Assembly (NCBI RefSeq): GCF_009914755.1
Contig: NC_060932.1
DNA length: 64,000 nucleotides
Source: the human T2T-CHM13v2.0 reference genome, Homo sapiens
Direction: 5' to 3' (one strand)
Under the pieces are notes generated by a model. The model ran no database searches. It saw only the letters and a list, made by a program, of their open reading frames with translations, and was not told where the DNA came from. The first letter of the stretch is position 1; each line of letters opens with the position of its first letter. Of the stretch, positions 28,706 to 44,574 are shown one piece after another. The translations under genes were made by a program, and so were the position numbers.

Positions 28706-30031
28706 AAAATATTTTTAATTGTGGTAAAACACATGTAATGTAAAATTGACCATGTCACCTATTTGTAAGTGTGCAGTTCTGTGGCATTAACCACATGTAC
28801 ATTGTTGTGCAGCCATCACCACATCCACCTCCAGAACTTTTTCATCTTCCCAACTGAAGCCCTTCGCCCATTAAACACTAACTCCTCATCTCCCCTCCTC
28901 CCAGCCCTGGCAGCCACCATTCTACTTTCTGTCTGTATGATTTTGACTCCTCTAGGAACCTCATATAAGTGGAAGCATGCAGTATTTGTCCTTGTGTGAC
29001 TAGTTTCTTCCACTTAGCATCATGCTTTCAAGGTTCACCCATGTTGTAGCAGGGGCCAGAACTGCCTTCCTTTTTAAGGCTGAATAGTATTCCATGGTGT
29101 GTATAGACCACATTCTCTTAATCTGGTCATCTGTCAATGGGTTACAGCTACAGCTGTTTTTGAGCTCTTATGTGCCACGTGGTTCTAATCTTCACAGCAA
29201 CACGAAGAATTCTCTCCTATCTTCTCAGCTGAGCAAACCGAGGCTCAGAGGGCTTAACCCCAACTGGCCCAAGACCAGGTACATGATTGGGTCAGGATAT
29301 CGACCTAGGCCTGTTTGACTCCAAAGCCCATGCCTCCAACTAAGCCATGCTGGAGGGGAGCTTGGGCTTTGTTCTGTGCGCTATGGGGAGTCAAGCAGAG
29401 AGAGGAGGGACAAATCAGGATAGGCTCAAAATCCTGATTGCAAAAGTGACCTTAGGAGAAAGACGCTTAGTAATTACAGCCCTTGTCAAGGCACAGTTTT
29501 TTGTTTCAAAGGTTGTTAACAGTTATTGTGGAAAAATCAGTACCTCTATTCTGTTGTAGCAGCTGGGTTTAAAATCTGCAGTGAGAGTTTTGGGGACAGT
29601 TTTGTTCTTAAGAACAAAGCGCCTTGGCAGGGAAATGTTAGATATTCAAATTAGTGATCTGGCCACTGAAAGATACCCAGTAACCAGGTTGGGCTGCATC
29701 CAGCCACTGGAACCACTCAATAGGTACAGAGCTGGGACTGGAGGAGAAATCACTCACAGGGGTTCCTGCCAGCCTGCCTGATACCTACTCTCTAAGGAAC
29801 AAGTAGGCAAAGGCACTTCCCATCCCTGGCCCTCAGTTTCCTCATCTGCAAAAGGTTGGTTTTGGGTGGTTTTCAAACAGGTAATAGCTTCAAACTTAAG
29901 CTGATTCCAGGTCAGCAAATAAAGCCAATAACATGGAGAACAGCTCTTGGATGTATAGTGGGTGCTGGGAGTTCCTCCTTCCTGCCACCTCCTAACCCGC
30001 TCCCTCCCTGGCCAGGAGGAGGCATTTCTGA

Positions 30032-30425
<394 letters not shown>

Positions 30426-30985
30426 CCCATCTCTCCCACTTCTGGGTCATCTCTGCTGAGCACTGCAGGGTGAGGCTTAGACTAACTCCAAGTTTAGAGT
30501 CAGCTCCCATATAGCTCTTTGAACCCTTAGCCAACGTGCTGAATCTTGGCCTGGGAATCTGCCAAGTCTGCTGGAAACAAACAAGGCTTGCTTTTCTTGC
30601 CTTCTCAGAGAAGAGGTGACAGCTTTCCATGTGTATAGTGAGAAAGCATGAAGACTAGGCAGCTCTGGCAGCGAAGGCCAGTGGAATCGGCTGGGTCATT
30701 TCAGCTTAGCTGTTCCATGTTTTAATTCTGAGGATTCCCAAAGTCCTCACTTGGCCTGGGGGATACTCACACCCCATTATGCCCCCCATACCAGAACGTA
30801 CCTAGGATATCCTGTGAACCCTGCTCTCTCCCACCTCACGACACTGGTCCTCTTTACTTGTCCTTAAACCGCACATGTGTATTTTTATTTCTTTGAGGAA
30901 GACTGGGTGGCAGGCACCTGTGTGTGTGTCTGGAAACATATAGCAAGCTAGAGGCAGATTTCAGGCAAAAAAAAATGCTCTTTTG

Positions 30986-31269
<284 letters not shown>

Positions 31270-32100
31270 TTAAGTATTTAACCAGAAGAGAAACTAAGGA
31301 TCAGAGAGAAAATGTGGGAAAAGAAAAATTGTAGGCAGAAGGTTTTACCTGGCTGAAAATCATCCACAAATGATTTTCTTTCTCCTCAAAACATTGAGTC
31401 TCTCTCTCTTTTTTTTTTTTTCTGCTGTGTTGCCCAGGCTGGTCTCTAAGTCCTGGCGTCAAGTGATCCTCCCACCTCAGCCTCCCAAACTGCTGGGATT
31501 ACAGGTGTGAGAGCTGCCATGCCAGCCTAAATGTTGAATCTTTCTTAATCTCTAGAACACAGTAGCTCCTTCAGGCCATGGGGACAGCTGGTGATTAGTT
31601 ACAGAGTTTATTTTTTAGGTTTTGTTTTTGTTTTGAAATTATGAAGTAATTCATCCTTGCTATTTAAAAAAGTCCTGTGTTGTGTAAAGTAAAAAGCTGA
31701 ATCGCCCTTTGCCCATCAACGAGCTACTAATAGCTACTACTAATAGTCTGGTATTTCCCAGACATTTTTTGAAATATTTAAAAACTATTTTTGAATGTTT
31801 TTAAGCAAATATATGTGTGTATGAGCACACACACATATATAATTTTTCATATAAATGGAATCATGCTGCTTTTTCATTTAATACATATTGCACAGATTTT
31901 TTTGTCAGCACATATAGATTTATCTCATTCTTTTTAATGGCTGCATGGGGTTTTGTAACAGGTAGACTATGGATTATGTAATCCTCTGTGGAGGGACATT
32001 ATTTTGATTATTTTTCACAGCCGAATAATATAGTTTAAAAGAAAGTGCCACTGTTTGCTACCTTATGCACCAAGCTTTAACTATTGTTACTTTAATTTTT

Positions 32101-32402
<302 letters not shown>

Positions 32403-33784
32403 TGTTACTTTAATTTTTATGCCCTTTATGGAGGAAACCCTTGGCAGGGTTATTTTCATTGTCTTAAATTGGCAGTGTTGTGTTAGGTTGTGGTGAAAAG
32501 AACCAAATATGGAGGGGTTTGGAGTCTGATGTTCTCATTTATAATCTGCCTGACCTTCAACGAGGCACTTAAGGCCCCTGACCTGAGCGTCTTCCTCTGT
32601 GAAATGGGCCTCACAGCTCAGGGCTGTTATGGACAGAAAGAGCTGGCACCATCAGCATGTGGCAGGCGGCCCCCAGTGCCCTGGGTCCCTGTAGAGCCTT
32701 CTAAGTCTTTGCTGTCCACCTCTTTCTCATCTGACCAGCCACACTGCAGAGTCAAAGGTCAACAGTTTGCTGTCTGCCCAGATTTCGGATGCTTCCAGCC
32801 ACTGCCATTTTTGACCTCAGGGACAACCACCCCACTGTTTCTCTTGGCCTGTCTTGGAGAACACTGGCGCAGACTTCCAGAGGAATTGGAGTCATTTTTG
32901 TCAAGGTAGACGGAGCATGAAACAGAGTCACTGGCCCAGCCCGCTGACCAGCAGAGGCTTCACCTCCACTCCTGGATGGCATCCTTTGGCGTTACTTGTA
33001 AAGGGCAGGAGGGCTGAGTGGGGGCTTCGTGGACCTGCAATTTGGCTTCAACAGCTGCCTCCATTGTCTCACCCACAAAACAATAGCCACAGTTAAGTGC
33101 AGCCTCTCAGCAGACCTGTTCTCTACCTTGGAAAGGACACAAGAGAAGATTAAAGAGGAGAAACTCCTGGGATGGTGGAGGGGAGCTCTCCCTGTTAGGA
33201 GGGCTGAGCACAGGAGGCAATCCTGTGCCCTCCACCAATGTGGGGGCACCTCCCTGGCAAATTAGGTGACTGACAGTGCCGCCCCTACCAGCGCTGAGTG
33301 GAAAGTCTAGACAAAACTCCATCTTTTTGTGGTGCCCTGCATTTCTGGGGGCTCCTCTGACAGTGTGCTGAATACGCACATGGGAAGTAAATTGAGAGGA
33401 TGAGGGAAGTCCAGGGCACCTTGGATCCTGGGACCCTCCAGACCCCCACCCTGCGGTTGGCACACCTGCTGCCTGTTGCTCCTGGGGGTGGTGCCTGGGC
33501 CCCCTGAGCCCAGGGTAATGAAGACCCTGGCCCCTTTCCCTCCTCACCCTCTCCCCTCAGCCCCCACATCAAGATACCCCCTGGAGACATGCTTTAGTGT
33601 AAGCTGGGGGCCAGAAATGGGAGGAAAATAACAGAAGATAACATTTGTCCTCTGCTTATGTGCTTAGCTGAGACCTTCTGACTCTTTTTAATCTACAAAA
33701 GGTAAGACCGTATCTTTAAATCCTACAGACCAATGACAAATTTCCTGCCTGCTCTGGATAGGGGCTTCTCCTTTTGTGTTCCCA

Positions 33785-34480
33785 CTCCCGGGGCTGCCAT
33801 AACAAAGTACCACAAGCTGTGAGTTAGAACCACAAAAGTGAATTCTCAACAGTTCTTGAGGCTAGATGTTCAAAATCAGGGTCTCGGCAGGGTTGGTCCC
33901 TTCTGGGGGCTCCCGAGAGAGAGTCCATTTCATGCCTGTCTCCCAGCCCCTGGCCGTTGCTGGCAATTCCTGGTGTTCCTCAGCTTGTAGACACATCACG
34001 CCCGTCCCTGCCTCCGTCTTCATGTGGCATCCTCCCTTCTGTGTCTCTGTATGTCTCAATTTCCCTCTTTCTCTCATAAGGACACAGGTCATTAGATCTA
34101 GGGCCCAATCTAAAGCCAAGATGATATCATTTAAAGAACCCTAATTAGATATTAATTTAAAATTTTAAAAAATCAGCCAGGTGCAGTGGCTCACACCTAT
34201 AATTCCAGCACTTTGGGAGGCCAAGTGGGAGGATCACTTGGCCAGGACTTTGAGACCAGCCTGGGCAACATAGCCAGACCCCGTCTCTACAAAAATGTTT
34301 TAAAAGTTAGCCAGGCATGGTGGTGCACACATGTAATCCCAGCTCCTCAGAAGACTGAAGCGAGAGCATCACTTGAGTCCAGGAGTTTGAGGATGTAGTA
34401 AGCCATGATTGCACTACTGCACTCCAGCCTGGGCAACAGAGCAAGACCCTGTCTCTAAACGAATAATAATAATAATGGAG
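33785..34480. mobile_element. MLT1 LTR fragment (-) followed by an AluJ-like element (+, ~34176-34475)
   Basis: gggctgccataacaaagtaccacaag...; Alu with (AAT)n tail. Confidence 0.75.
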
Positions 34481-34934
34481 ATAATGATATTAATATTTAT
34501 TGGCATGCCTCCTGCATGTCAGGCATTGTAAGAAATGGGCATTATCTCATTTAATCCTTACAAAATCCCCATTTTACAGATGAGGAAACCGAGGCTCTAG
34601 GGAAAGAAGTTCCCCAGCTGGTAACTGTCAGTACTTGGGCTTGAAACTGTGTTTATTGGATTCTAAAGTCCATCCTTTAACTTCTGTGCGCAGGAACACA
34701 GAAGGAGGAGCCCCTCTCCAGGGCAGACAGGAAATTTGTCATTGGTCTGTAGGATTTAAAGATATAGTCTTATCTTTTGTAGATGAAAGAGAGTCGGAAG
34801 ATCTCAGCTAAGTGCATAAGCAGAGGACAAATGTTATCTTCTCTCCTTTCTGGCTCCCAGCTTCATCCTATTCTTTCTGTTGCTCTGCTGCACTTTTATG
34901 TGAGTGAACAGATTTATTTACCTTTTTTCTCTCT

Positions 34935-35227
34935 GATTTTTTTTAAGAGACAGGGTCTCACTCTGTTGCCCAGGTTGAAGTGCAGTGGCACAATCATAAC
35001 TCACTGCATTCTTGACTTCCTGGGCTCAATCAGTCCTCCTGCCTCATTCTCCCTAGTAGCTGGGACCACAGGCATGCACCACCATGCCCAGCTGATTTTT
35101 AAAATATTTTTTGTAGAGTCAGGGTCTCTACTGTTGTTCAGGCTGGTCTTGAACTCCTGGCCTCAAAGTCCTCCTGCCTGGACCTCCCGAAGTGCTGGGA
35201 TTACAGGCTTGTGCCACCACACCTAGA
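34935..35227 (-). mobile_element. AluJ-like element
   Basis: gagacagggtctcactctgttgcccagg...gtgctgggattacagg. Confidence 0.85.
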
Positions 35228-35711
35228 CTCTTTGATTTTCTTTACTGACTTTTTGACATCGTTTGCCCTTTAAAGGATCATTTGAGGCAAAGCCCTGTCC
35301 AGGCTTCCATGGGTTCCTTCAAACACTGAAATGCACCCCTGAGCTCATGAACAGCAGCTGTTTCTGGGATGAGGACTGCTCTCAGTAAATAAGAATGATG
35401 ACCGACAGCCACACACACAGACCTGACCAGGGCTTCCATCCATGACCTAAATGTGCTTCTTCCCATGGCTATTTCTCACTGTGGCATTCATCATCATGTT
35501 GCGGAAGGCCGCCATTGGCACCATTATAATTGAATCTTACAAAACGGAGGGAACTGTCATTAACAGGCAGACATAGCTTTCATCAGAAAATCTCCAACCC
35601 TAGATCCAGCACCGCCAGATGATCAATGTCTCCATTCTTCTGTGCTGCCACTGCACAGATCCAGAGCTCTCGTGAGGAGTGATGAGCAGAACAAAAAAGA
35701 GTAACGTCTCA

Positions 35712-36005
35712 CTGGGCATGGTGGCTCATGCCTGTAATCCCAGCACTTTGGGAGGCCGAGGCAGGCGGATCACTTCAGGTCAGAAGCTCGAGACTAGCCC
35801 GACCAACATGATGAAACCCCGTCTCTACTAAAAATACCAAAAATTAGCCGGGCGTGATAGTGGGCCCCTGTAATCCCAGCTACTTGGGAGGCTGAGGCAA
35901 GAGAATCTCTTGAACCCATCTTGGCAGTGAGCTGAGATTGCGCTACTGCACACCAGCCTGGGCAACAGAGCAAGACTCCATCTAAAAAAAATAAAAATAA
36001 AAAAA
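35712..36005 (+). mobile_element. AluS-like element
   Basis: Dimer with A tail; agtaac(g/c)tctc duplication. Confidence 0.85.
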
Positions 36006-36504
36006 GTAACCTCTCAACGTGTGCAAGCACTGAGGACTGCAGGTCGCTGGAACGAAAGCTTTGTGGATGTGGCTTTAGGATCTTCCTGTCCTCTGACTCT
36101 ATCTCAAAGGCAGCCACAGATGCTGCTGAGAACAGGATGAGTCCCCACCACTAAGGGGATCCCAGGAGAGCACATTCAAGGCTCTGCAGGATCCAAGAAA
36201 AGCAGAGTTACCCCTTGGTGGTGGGAAAGATGGAACCTCATGGAGAAGGCAGTGTTTGGGTCCGGTGTTGAAGGCCAAACTAATAGAAGTCCATGCTCTT
36301 GGTGAAGGTCACAATGTGTTAAACCAGGGAGGCCAGCGAGTAGGAGGCCCGCTCAGAAAACACATGCAGAACAGTTCAGCTGATGTTTGGGTGCGTGCAG
36401 GTGGGTGGTTAGAGGGAAGGAGAGGAGAGTCAGTTGGCATTGCCACACTTAACTCAATTCCCTCTGGTAGCACTAGTCCCTCAGCAGCAGCTGTGTTACA
36501 GAAA

Positions 36505-36813
<309 letters not shown>

Positions 36814-38124
36814 CAAGATTTTTATTATTTCTGAGTGGTTGCCCCTAGTGGATCTCTGCCTCCAGGACAGCTGTTTTCTCCTAAACTACGTCTGGAACAG
36901 CTTTCGGGTCCACCATCTTTCAACTTCTGGAAACGACAGCTTGAATTAAAATTGTCCTCTTATGCTCCAAAAAGCCATGAACCAGGCTACCCCCACTAGG
37001 AGAGTAGGATCCATGGATGGATCTCTTGTCACCTTCCAGCCATTCCCCTGTTCTTGGTGTCTGCTTTGCTGAAGTGCTCCTGGAGAGGGTTGGGGTAGGA
37101 AGGAGAGGGGAAGCAGGAGAGGAAGACTCCACACCCTGAGCCTCCAGTAGGAATCTCCTCCCCAGCCCTCAGCACATGACATTCAGTGACCTGGACACTT
37201 CACTTTAGTCCTCATCCAAGCCCCTCCCCCATCCTTTGGTCCACCAGGAAGGTTCTGGAGCCTATTTTGTACATTGGCATCTCTTGGTCCAGTTTGCCAG
37301 AGAAGGAGCTCAGTGTCTGTGGAGCTGATGAAGCAAGTTCAGGTCAGAGAATTCCCACCATACACAAGCCAGAGACCTGGGAACAGCCAGAGAACTGTGT
37401 GTCGACTGGGTAATTAAATGCCATACTGCTCCCAAGAACTGGAAGGACCTGGTCATTTGTCACCAGGAAGGCTATGTGTCCCAGCTCTTTAACAGTGGAA
37501 ACCTTGCTGCCCTGTCTGTGGAATACAATCTATTGGCAATCTAATGGTCTGTAACAATTAAGACCCAAGTCAAAGGAGTTGATTTTGAAGTTTCTACAGC
37601 AAAAAAAAAATTGTTTAAGTTTCTTTGTAAAGATGGGGTCTCGCTAGGTTGCCCAGGCTGCTCTTAAACTCCTGGCCTCAATATAGCGAAATTTAGATGC
37701 CTGGATGGAAGAGCATTTGGTATATAGTTTTTGGCTTTTCTGCTTGGTTTCTCAGAATCCTTGGAGCCCCTCTCTTCTTACCACCAGTCAGCCTCCAACC
37801 CATTCCTCTACCAGCCCCCTCCCAAGTCCTTTCAAGAGATTATTATAAGTAGTACCTTCTCATTATAGGAATATTGAAAAACACAAAGAAAGTGGCATCT
37901 ATAAACCTGCCTCCCGTGGGGAACTACAGTTAGCATCTTGTATTTTATGCTAACCTTTTTAAAAGACATGTTTTATGATGAAAATTCAAATGGATGCTAT
38001 TCTGATGAAACTTGGGCTGGATGGGGCACAGGTAGGGTGCTTGTTGCTTTCAGTCAGATGAAGGAGGGGTACAGTTTCCACGATTTCTAGGGGGTCCTTC
38101 ATTTTGCTTTCTTGATTGTTTTAG

Positions 38125-38196
38125 GGAGTGGCTGAGGCTGAACTGGAACAGAACCTGAGTCGGACTTTCAAAAGCCTCTTCAGAGCAAGCGATGAG
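38125..38196 (+). CDS. EPHX2: EPHX2 exon 13 (72 nt)
   Basis: ttttag|GGAGTG...GATGAG|gtgagg; GVAEAELEQNLSRTFKSLFRASDE. Confidence 0.98.
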
Positions 38197-39866
38197 GTGA
38201 GGGGTGGGGATGGGTGCAGAAGAACAGGAGGGGGCAGTTGTGAAGGAAGTAGGGTACCTAGTGTGTGGCAGGGACCAGGAGTAGCAATCTGGCCTCCTTT
38301 TCTTTCATTTCTATAGTCAGGGTAATTGAGGTCCTCACTCTACTGGGAAAATTTACATCCTCGTTGACACACAAGGTCAGAGAATGATTATAATAATGAT
38401 GGCTTGGAAATTATGCTATTACCATTACCATTTTAACATGCATAATTGGCTTACCCAAGTACAAAATTAATTGATGTCCCCAACCCTCTTCTTGAAGCAG
38501 AGGAGTTTAGAAACCTTTAACTCTGTAAGCTGCACCCTCCTGTCTTAGGTGTTAGGAGTCATCATCACTATTGTTGTTTTATATACAGTCAGTGCCTGCT
38601 CAAACTGTCCCATATTTTCTACTTTCTTTACTGATCACTTCTTGCATCTCACTCATTTGCATTGAGTTCAGTTTCTTTCTTCCTGAAACATCCCCTTTAG
38701 TAGTTCTCTCAATAAGAGTCTGTTGGTGGTAAATTCACATTTTGGTGCCTGAAGACATCTTAATTTTAATCTTGAAGAATCATTTATCTGAGTATAGAAT
38801 TTTAGGTTATTTTCTTTTAGAAACTTCTGTCATTGCTTGTGAGTCAGCCTCGGGTCTAACCTCCTATACATTAATTGTCTTAGCCAATTAATTGTCCTGG
38901 ACACTGCAGTGTCTGATCTGCAGTTTAACCTGTCTTTGAAGTTTTAATTTCAATAAATAGTTTTTTTTAATTTGTGAAAGTTTTATTTGGTTCTTTTTCA
39001 AATCATTCTGATCTCTTTTGATAGAGTCTTGTTGTATTCTTATTTTTCAGTTCCTTTTATGTTTTCAATTATTTTAAGTATATTCATTTCTAATTCTCTC
39101 TTGTTTCTCTCTCTCCCTCTCGCAAACTCTGTTATTGGATGTTTTTGGGGAGTCGTATTTACTGTTTGCTACATTTTTTGCCTCTTGCTGTGGGGCCTTT
39201 TTGTGTGAGTGTGGGTTTTGTAATTTTGGTTTATAAGCTCATCTTCAGCAGTACTTAATCTGTACCCATCTGCTTCAATTGGGCTTGAGGAAATGACCCC
39301 TTGAGTGGTTAAGGATTTCTTCTGCCAGGCATCCTGGTGGCATTACCAACCCAGGCTCACTTTGTTGTTATTGTTGTTGTTGTTCTTGTTTACTTCACAC
39401 CTTGAGAGTTTCCAGATCATGCAGAGAATGCAAACTCAAATCCAAGCACTTGGGAAGGCAGGCCTAGAGCTATGAATTCCCAAGGGGGTGTCTTTTGGTT
39501 TCCTCTTAGTACCAAGCTGAAACAGACAAACTCCTTTAACATCTTTATCATCATGAGGGGATTTTTTTTCTAATCAATTTTTTCACTGAGGGTATAGCAT
39601 GTCAGAGACCCCAGATTTACTGGATTTACCATGGAGGAGCATGGAATATCACATCTTCAACTTCTCATCATAGGCCAAGGTCTCTTTTCTTGTTCCCATT
39701 GGCTGATAAACCTAGGTCTTCATATTACCAAGGTCTGCAAGGGCCCTGGGGCAGTCTCAGCCCAGAGCTTTGGTCGTGAGCCCGCTCTTTACTTGACTTC
39801 TGTGAGGGGGTCCCTGGCTCTCTTGGGAGTTCCACATGTTTGTTACAGTCTGCGTGGTACTCAGAG

Positions 39867-39952
39867 GTCATTTGTCATAACAGGGTTTTCAGATGAGCAT
39901 ATTTCCTTTGTCATTTGTCGTAACAGGGTTTTCAGATGAGCATATTTCCTTT
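39867..39952. repeat. 43-bp tandem duplication (42/43 identical) just upstream of exon 14
   Basis: gtcatttgtc(a/g)taacagggttttcagatgagcatatttccttt x2. Confidence 0.95.
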
Positions 39953-39999
39953 GTATCACCCATGACATCATTTGTAACTCTTTTCTTTTCTTCCTTCAG

Positions 40000-40033
40000 A
40001 GTGTTTTATCCATGCATAAAGTCTGTGAAGCGG
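40000..40033 (+). CDS. EPHX2: EPHX2 exon 14 (34 nt)
   Basis: ccttcag|AGTGTT...AGCGG|gtaaga; SVLSMHKVCEA(G). Confidence 0.97.
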
Positions 40034-41894
40034 GTAAGAGACATGCTTGGGAGAGCCATATCTGGAACCAGCTGAATGTTAAAGGGATGTTTCTGTCTCT
40101 GACTGCTATGGGCAGAAGCCCTGAGCTCTCCAGCTCTGAACTTTAAGTTGCCCAACCAGGGTCCCCTCGGCATGCATAGGGCTGACTCTAACCCCAGGCC
40201 TGAGCACACAGCCTGGAGTTCCTACCCTCTAGGGAGCTGTGGCTTCAAGATCTTAAGCAGTAAGAGCTTGGAGGAGTCTTAGAGCTTGTCCAGGGCAAAA
40301 TCCACCCTCTACTGATAAGGACCCCAGGATTGAGAGCTTACCTCTATGGGGGTCACCTCGTGTATGCAGGTGGAGTGGAGTGGGGCCCCTGCCCAGGTCT
40401 CCTCCATTGCAGTCCACTGGCCCCTCTCCATCCAGGCGCCATGTTTCCAATTCCCCCACCTGGAGCTCATCCTTGTCTCCCTCCTGGGTTGGGTATGAGT
40501 GAAGGGTCAGAGTTGAGATTTGATTTGAGCTCATCCCCATGGCCCCTAGATCCAGCACTCTTCCCACAAGACCTTATTTTTGCTGCAGCACTGTGGCCTT
40601 GACAGCATTCACTTGTATTTTTATGAATAATGATGACCACTGTCACTTGTTTGGGCACGTGCTGACCATCTGTATAAAACTCTGGACTAACCCCCTTTAG
40701 ATAAAATATTTGTGATCCTCGAAGCATTCTGAAAAATGCTACTATTTTTAATTTCCAAAGAGGAAAACAGGTCTCAGAGGGTTAAGTAACTTGTCCGAAG
40801 TGGCTGAGCTGGGGTTAAACTCCTCTGACCCTGCAGGCCATGCTCTTGTCACTGCTCAAAGAACATCTCCCTTCCCTCCCCCACACCCACATTCCCTTAT
40901 TCCTTCACACCGTCTGTCACTCATTCATTCACCCATTCATTCATTCCTCAAATGCTGTGAGCACAGGCTGGGTATGAAGCTGGGGCTGCATGCTCAGCTA
41001 CCCAGACACACGAAGCAGGGTGGCCACCCTCAGTGAGCCCACAGTCTCACGGGAGGCAGAGCAGCTGGGATGCTCGCAGAGGGGCCCTGAGGTACAGTGA
41101 GTCTGGAGCACCCGCCTGGTGGGGAGGCTCAGGGTGGCTTCATCACAGGGTGACATCCTCATCACATACCCCTTTGATGTGTCTCACAAAAGCCTGGAAT
41201 GACCAGTTCCTGTGCCTCCGGGTCTTCGTGAATCTGAAAATGCCGACGGGCCCTGTTCAGGCACCAGCATTGAGGCTGTGCCCTGTGAAATTGCAGTGGT
41301 CCCTGGGCTGCCAGGGGTCATCACAGGCCATCCTCTGGAGGGACTGTGCAGCACCCTGAAGACAAGAGAGGGGTCCACAGTGGGATACCACAGAGGGTCT
41401 GTGCGGCACGTGGGAGGTGACAGGATGCAGCCACCTGGCCTGGGTTCTCTTCCTGCCTTAGAGGAAAAACGGAGCAAATCCTTATGAAAATTCCAAGAAT
41501 CTCTGGCGATATCTCCAAAGGGCCACAGTTAAGCTGGCTGGGAAAGGTTTAGACGAGGGGAGAGCAGGAGCTGGGGGCTGGCAGGGTCTGGGATATAGCT
41601 GCTGTGTGCCTGAAAAAGCCGGCAACTGTGGTTGGTCCAGGAGCTGTGATAATAGCCCGTGAAGTCGTGGCTAGGTGGGAGGGAACATCAGGCTCCAGTG
41701 TGACCGTGAGATCACAGCTTTGAGCTTTCGAGGAGATGGGATCACTCTGGCAAAGGATAAGGGAACAAAAGATGGAGGCACTCATAAGGCCTTGCGCAAG
41801 TTCAGATGGTCTGCGAGAGGCAATGAGGTCCCCACCTTAAAATGCAGACACCTGGCCCGGGGATGGGAAAGTCAACAAGTGGCTTTTTTTGCAG

Positions 41895-41997
41895 GAGGAC
41901 TTTTTGTAAATAGCCCAGAAGAGCCCAGCCTCAGCAGGATGGTCACTGAGGAGGAAATCCAGTTCTATGTGCAGCAGTTCAAGAAGTCTGGTTTCAG
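41895..41997 (+). CDS. EPHX2: EPHX2 exon 15 (103 nt)
   Basis: tttgcag|GAGGAC...TTCAG|gtaaag; GLFVNSPEEPSLSRMVTEEEIQFYVQQFKKSGF(R). Confidence 0.98.
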
Positions 41998-42813
41998 GTA
42001 AAGAGAGCACAGGGCCCAGACACAGATGAGAGATGATCGACAGATAGGGATCTTCAGCCCTCAGGGTGGAGGGTGAGGCCCAGTTCTCCTCCACCACAGC
42101 CCTCGTTAGTGCCAGGCCAGCCTCTGCTTCAATGCCTCCAGTGTCGGGAGGCTCACTACTTTATGGTGCTCAGCCTGCTCTAGTTTGGGATAGCTCAGCT
42201 TGTTCTTCCTTATGCTTATGGGGCCCCCATAGGGCAGAGGGTTTTCACTACTTTTTAGTCATGGCTCCTCAGAGAATCAGATGGCAACTCTGGGCTCTTT
42301 CTTCAGAAAAACATAAAAATCCACATAAACTCAAAAAGTGCATACATTTTGGTGCATTTGCCCTACTTCCTGATGTCATATTAGGAGGGGGCATCTTTGC
42401 TCCACCTCCCAATGTCCCTCTCAAGTGGGCTCCCTGGGGCAGGCGAGTGGCCTCTGGATGGTGAGGCTGCTAAACCAAGTTCCCCACCATCAGCAACCTC
42501 CCCAGCCTCCAAGGTGACACGATGACATTCCCTGGAGGGTCCTGTAGGGCCGGCTTCTTTGTGTCCCAAAAGCCAACCTAGAGGCTGCCAGTTCACTCAG
42601 TGGAGTCCTGTGTCCTTGCACAAGGCCTTGCTGCTAGAGCTTGGCAACTGCGCCCGACAGCAAGGCGTGGGTCCTGGGCTCTATTCTCTTGCCCCTGCAG
42701 GAGGCTTTGCTCTTCCCAGGACGACTGGCTGTGCAGAGCAGGTTTCTGCTGGTGTCTGTAGCAGAGCCGTCTACTTACTGCCTCCCTCTTTTTACTTTCT
42801 GATCTCTCCCCAG

Positions 42814-42883
42814 AGGTCCTCTAAACTGGTACCGAAACATGGAAAGGAACTGGAAGTGGGCTTGCAAAAGCTTGGGACGGAAG
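42814..42883 (+). CDS. EPHX2: EPHX2 exon 16 (70 nt), Tyr466 (TAC 42830-42832)
   Basis: cccag|AGGTCC...CGGAAG|gtgagt; GPLNWYRNMERNWKWACKSLGRK. Confidence 0.98.
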
Positions 42884-43967
42884 GTGAGTGCCAGGTTCAG
42901 TGTAGTCTCATCCACACCCCAGGACCCGCCCGCGGGGCTTCCCATTGGCCTGAGCTGATATGACCTGGGCCAGAGCTGGTTGTGGACAGATCTGCTGGCC
43001 ACCTCCTTTCCCTTTGGGGTTTGGGAAGTGACTCCCTTCAGGGGTTTCCCTAGGATCTTTCTTGCTGGTGCTTCTCTTGGGATGGTAGAGGGTGACCTTG
43101 GGGATGGAGCTGGGGTGTGTCCAGGGAACTGCAGCATCCATCCGGAATCCCCAGGTCCCCTGGTGGTACCCCAAGGCAGGGCTGCAGATGGCCTGGGGCA
43201 CCTCCCAGAAGTGACATGGATACTGGAGCCCCCAGCCCAGAGGAGCGTTAGGTGCTCTCAGAGATGTGACTTTAGCCTTCGGTTGTGTCACCTTGCACAA
43301 GTCAATCTCTGAGTCTCAGTTTCCTCATTTGTCAAGCAGAAGATGAGTTTCCAATCTCTGGGTCTGCAGAAGGAGTAATGGAGGTTCCCAGTTTACATTC
43401 AAAATGTTTAAAAATCTAAGGGAAATCTGTTCCCCAGTGTGACTGCACAGGTAGCTAGGCCTTCATCAGCTCACTCAGTAGCCATGGTTACCTTGTTGGT
43501 TCACTCTGTAAGTGAACACACTGCTACATGCCAGACTTCCTGCCAGACCCTGGGATACCATGGTGTGTAAACAGACCAGGTCTTGACCTCCCAAAATTAA
43601 GTCTTGAGGCACTAGAGTATATAACATCGTGGTTAAGAGCAGGCTAGGAAGCACATGGGCTGAGTCTAATCCCTGTGTGACCCTGGGAAAGGTACTTAAC
43701 CCCTCTGATCCACTGTGGCTTCTTCTGCAATATGCAAGTGGCAAGAACAGTGCCTCCCTCACAGAGCTGTGTAAGGATGAAATGGTTGAAGGCATGTGAC
43801 CTGTTACAAGCAGTACTGGGAACCTATTAGCTCCATTAGTGTTCCTTGTCATTATCATCATATGACCGATGAAAATGACCAAACTGCAGTTGGACAGACA
43901 AAATCTCTCAAAGCGTGGAGGAAAATATTGACAAAGGCGCTGGGAAGGTGAATCCCAATGGTGCTAA

Positions 43968-44574
<607 letters not shown>

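Noticed and set aside
39867-39952. Direct repeats resembling a CRISPR array
   Set aside because: Only two abutting units with no spacers, in a human intron.
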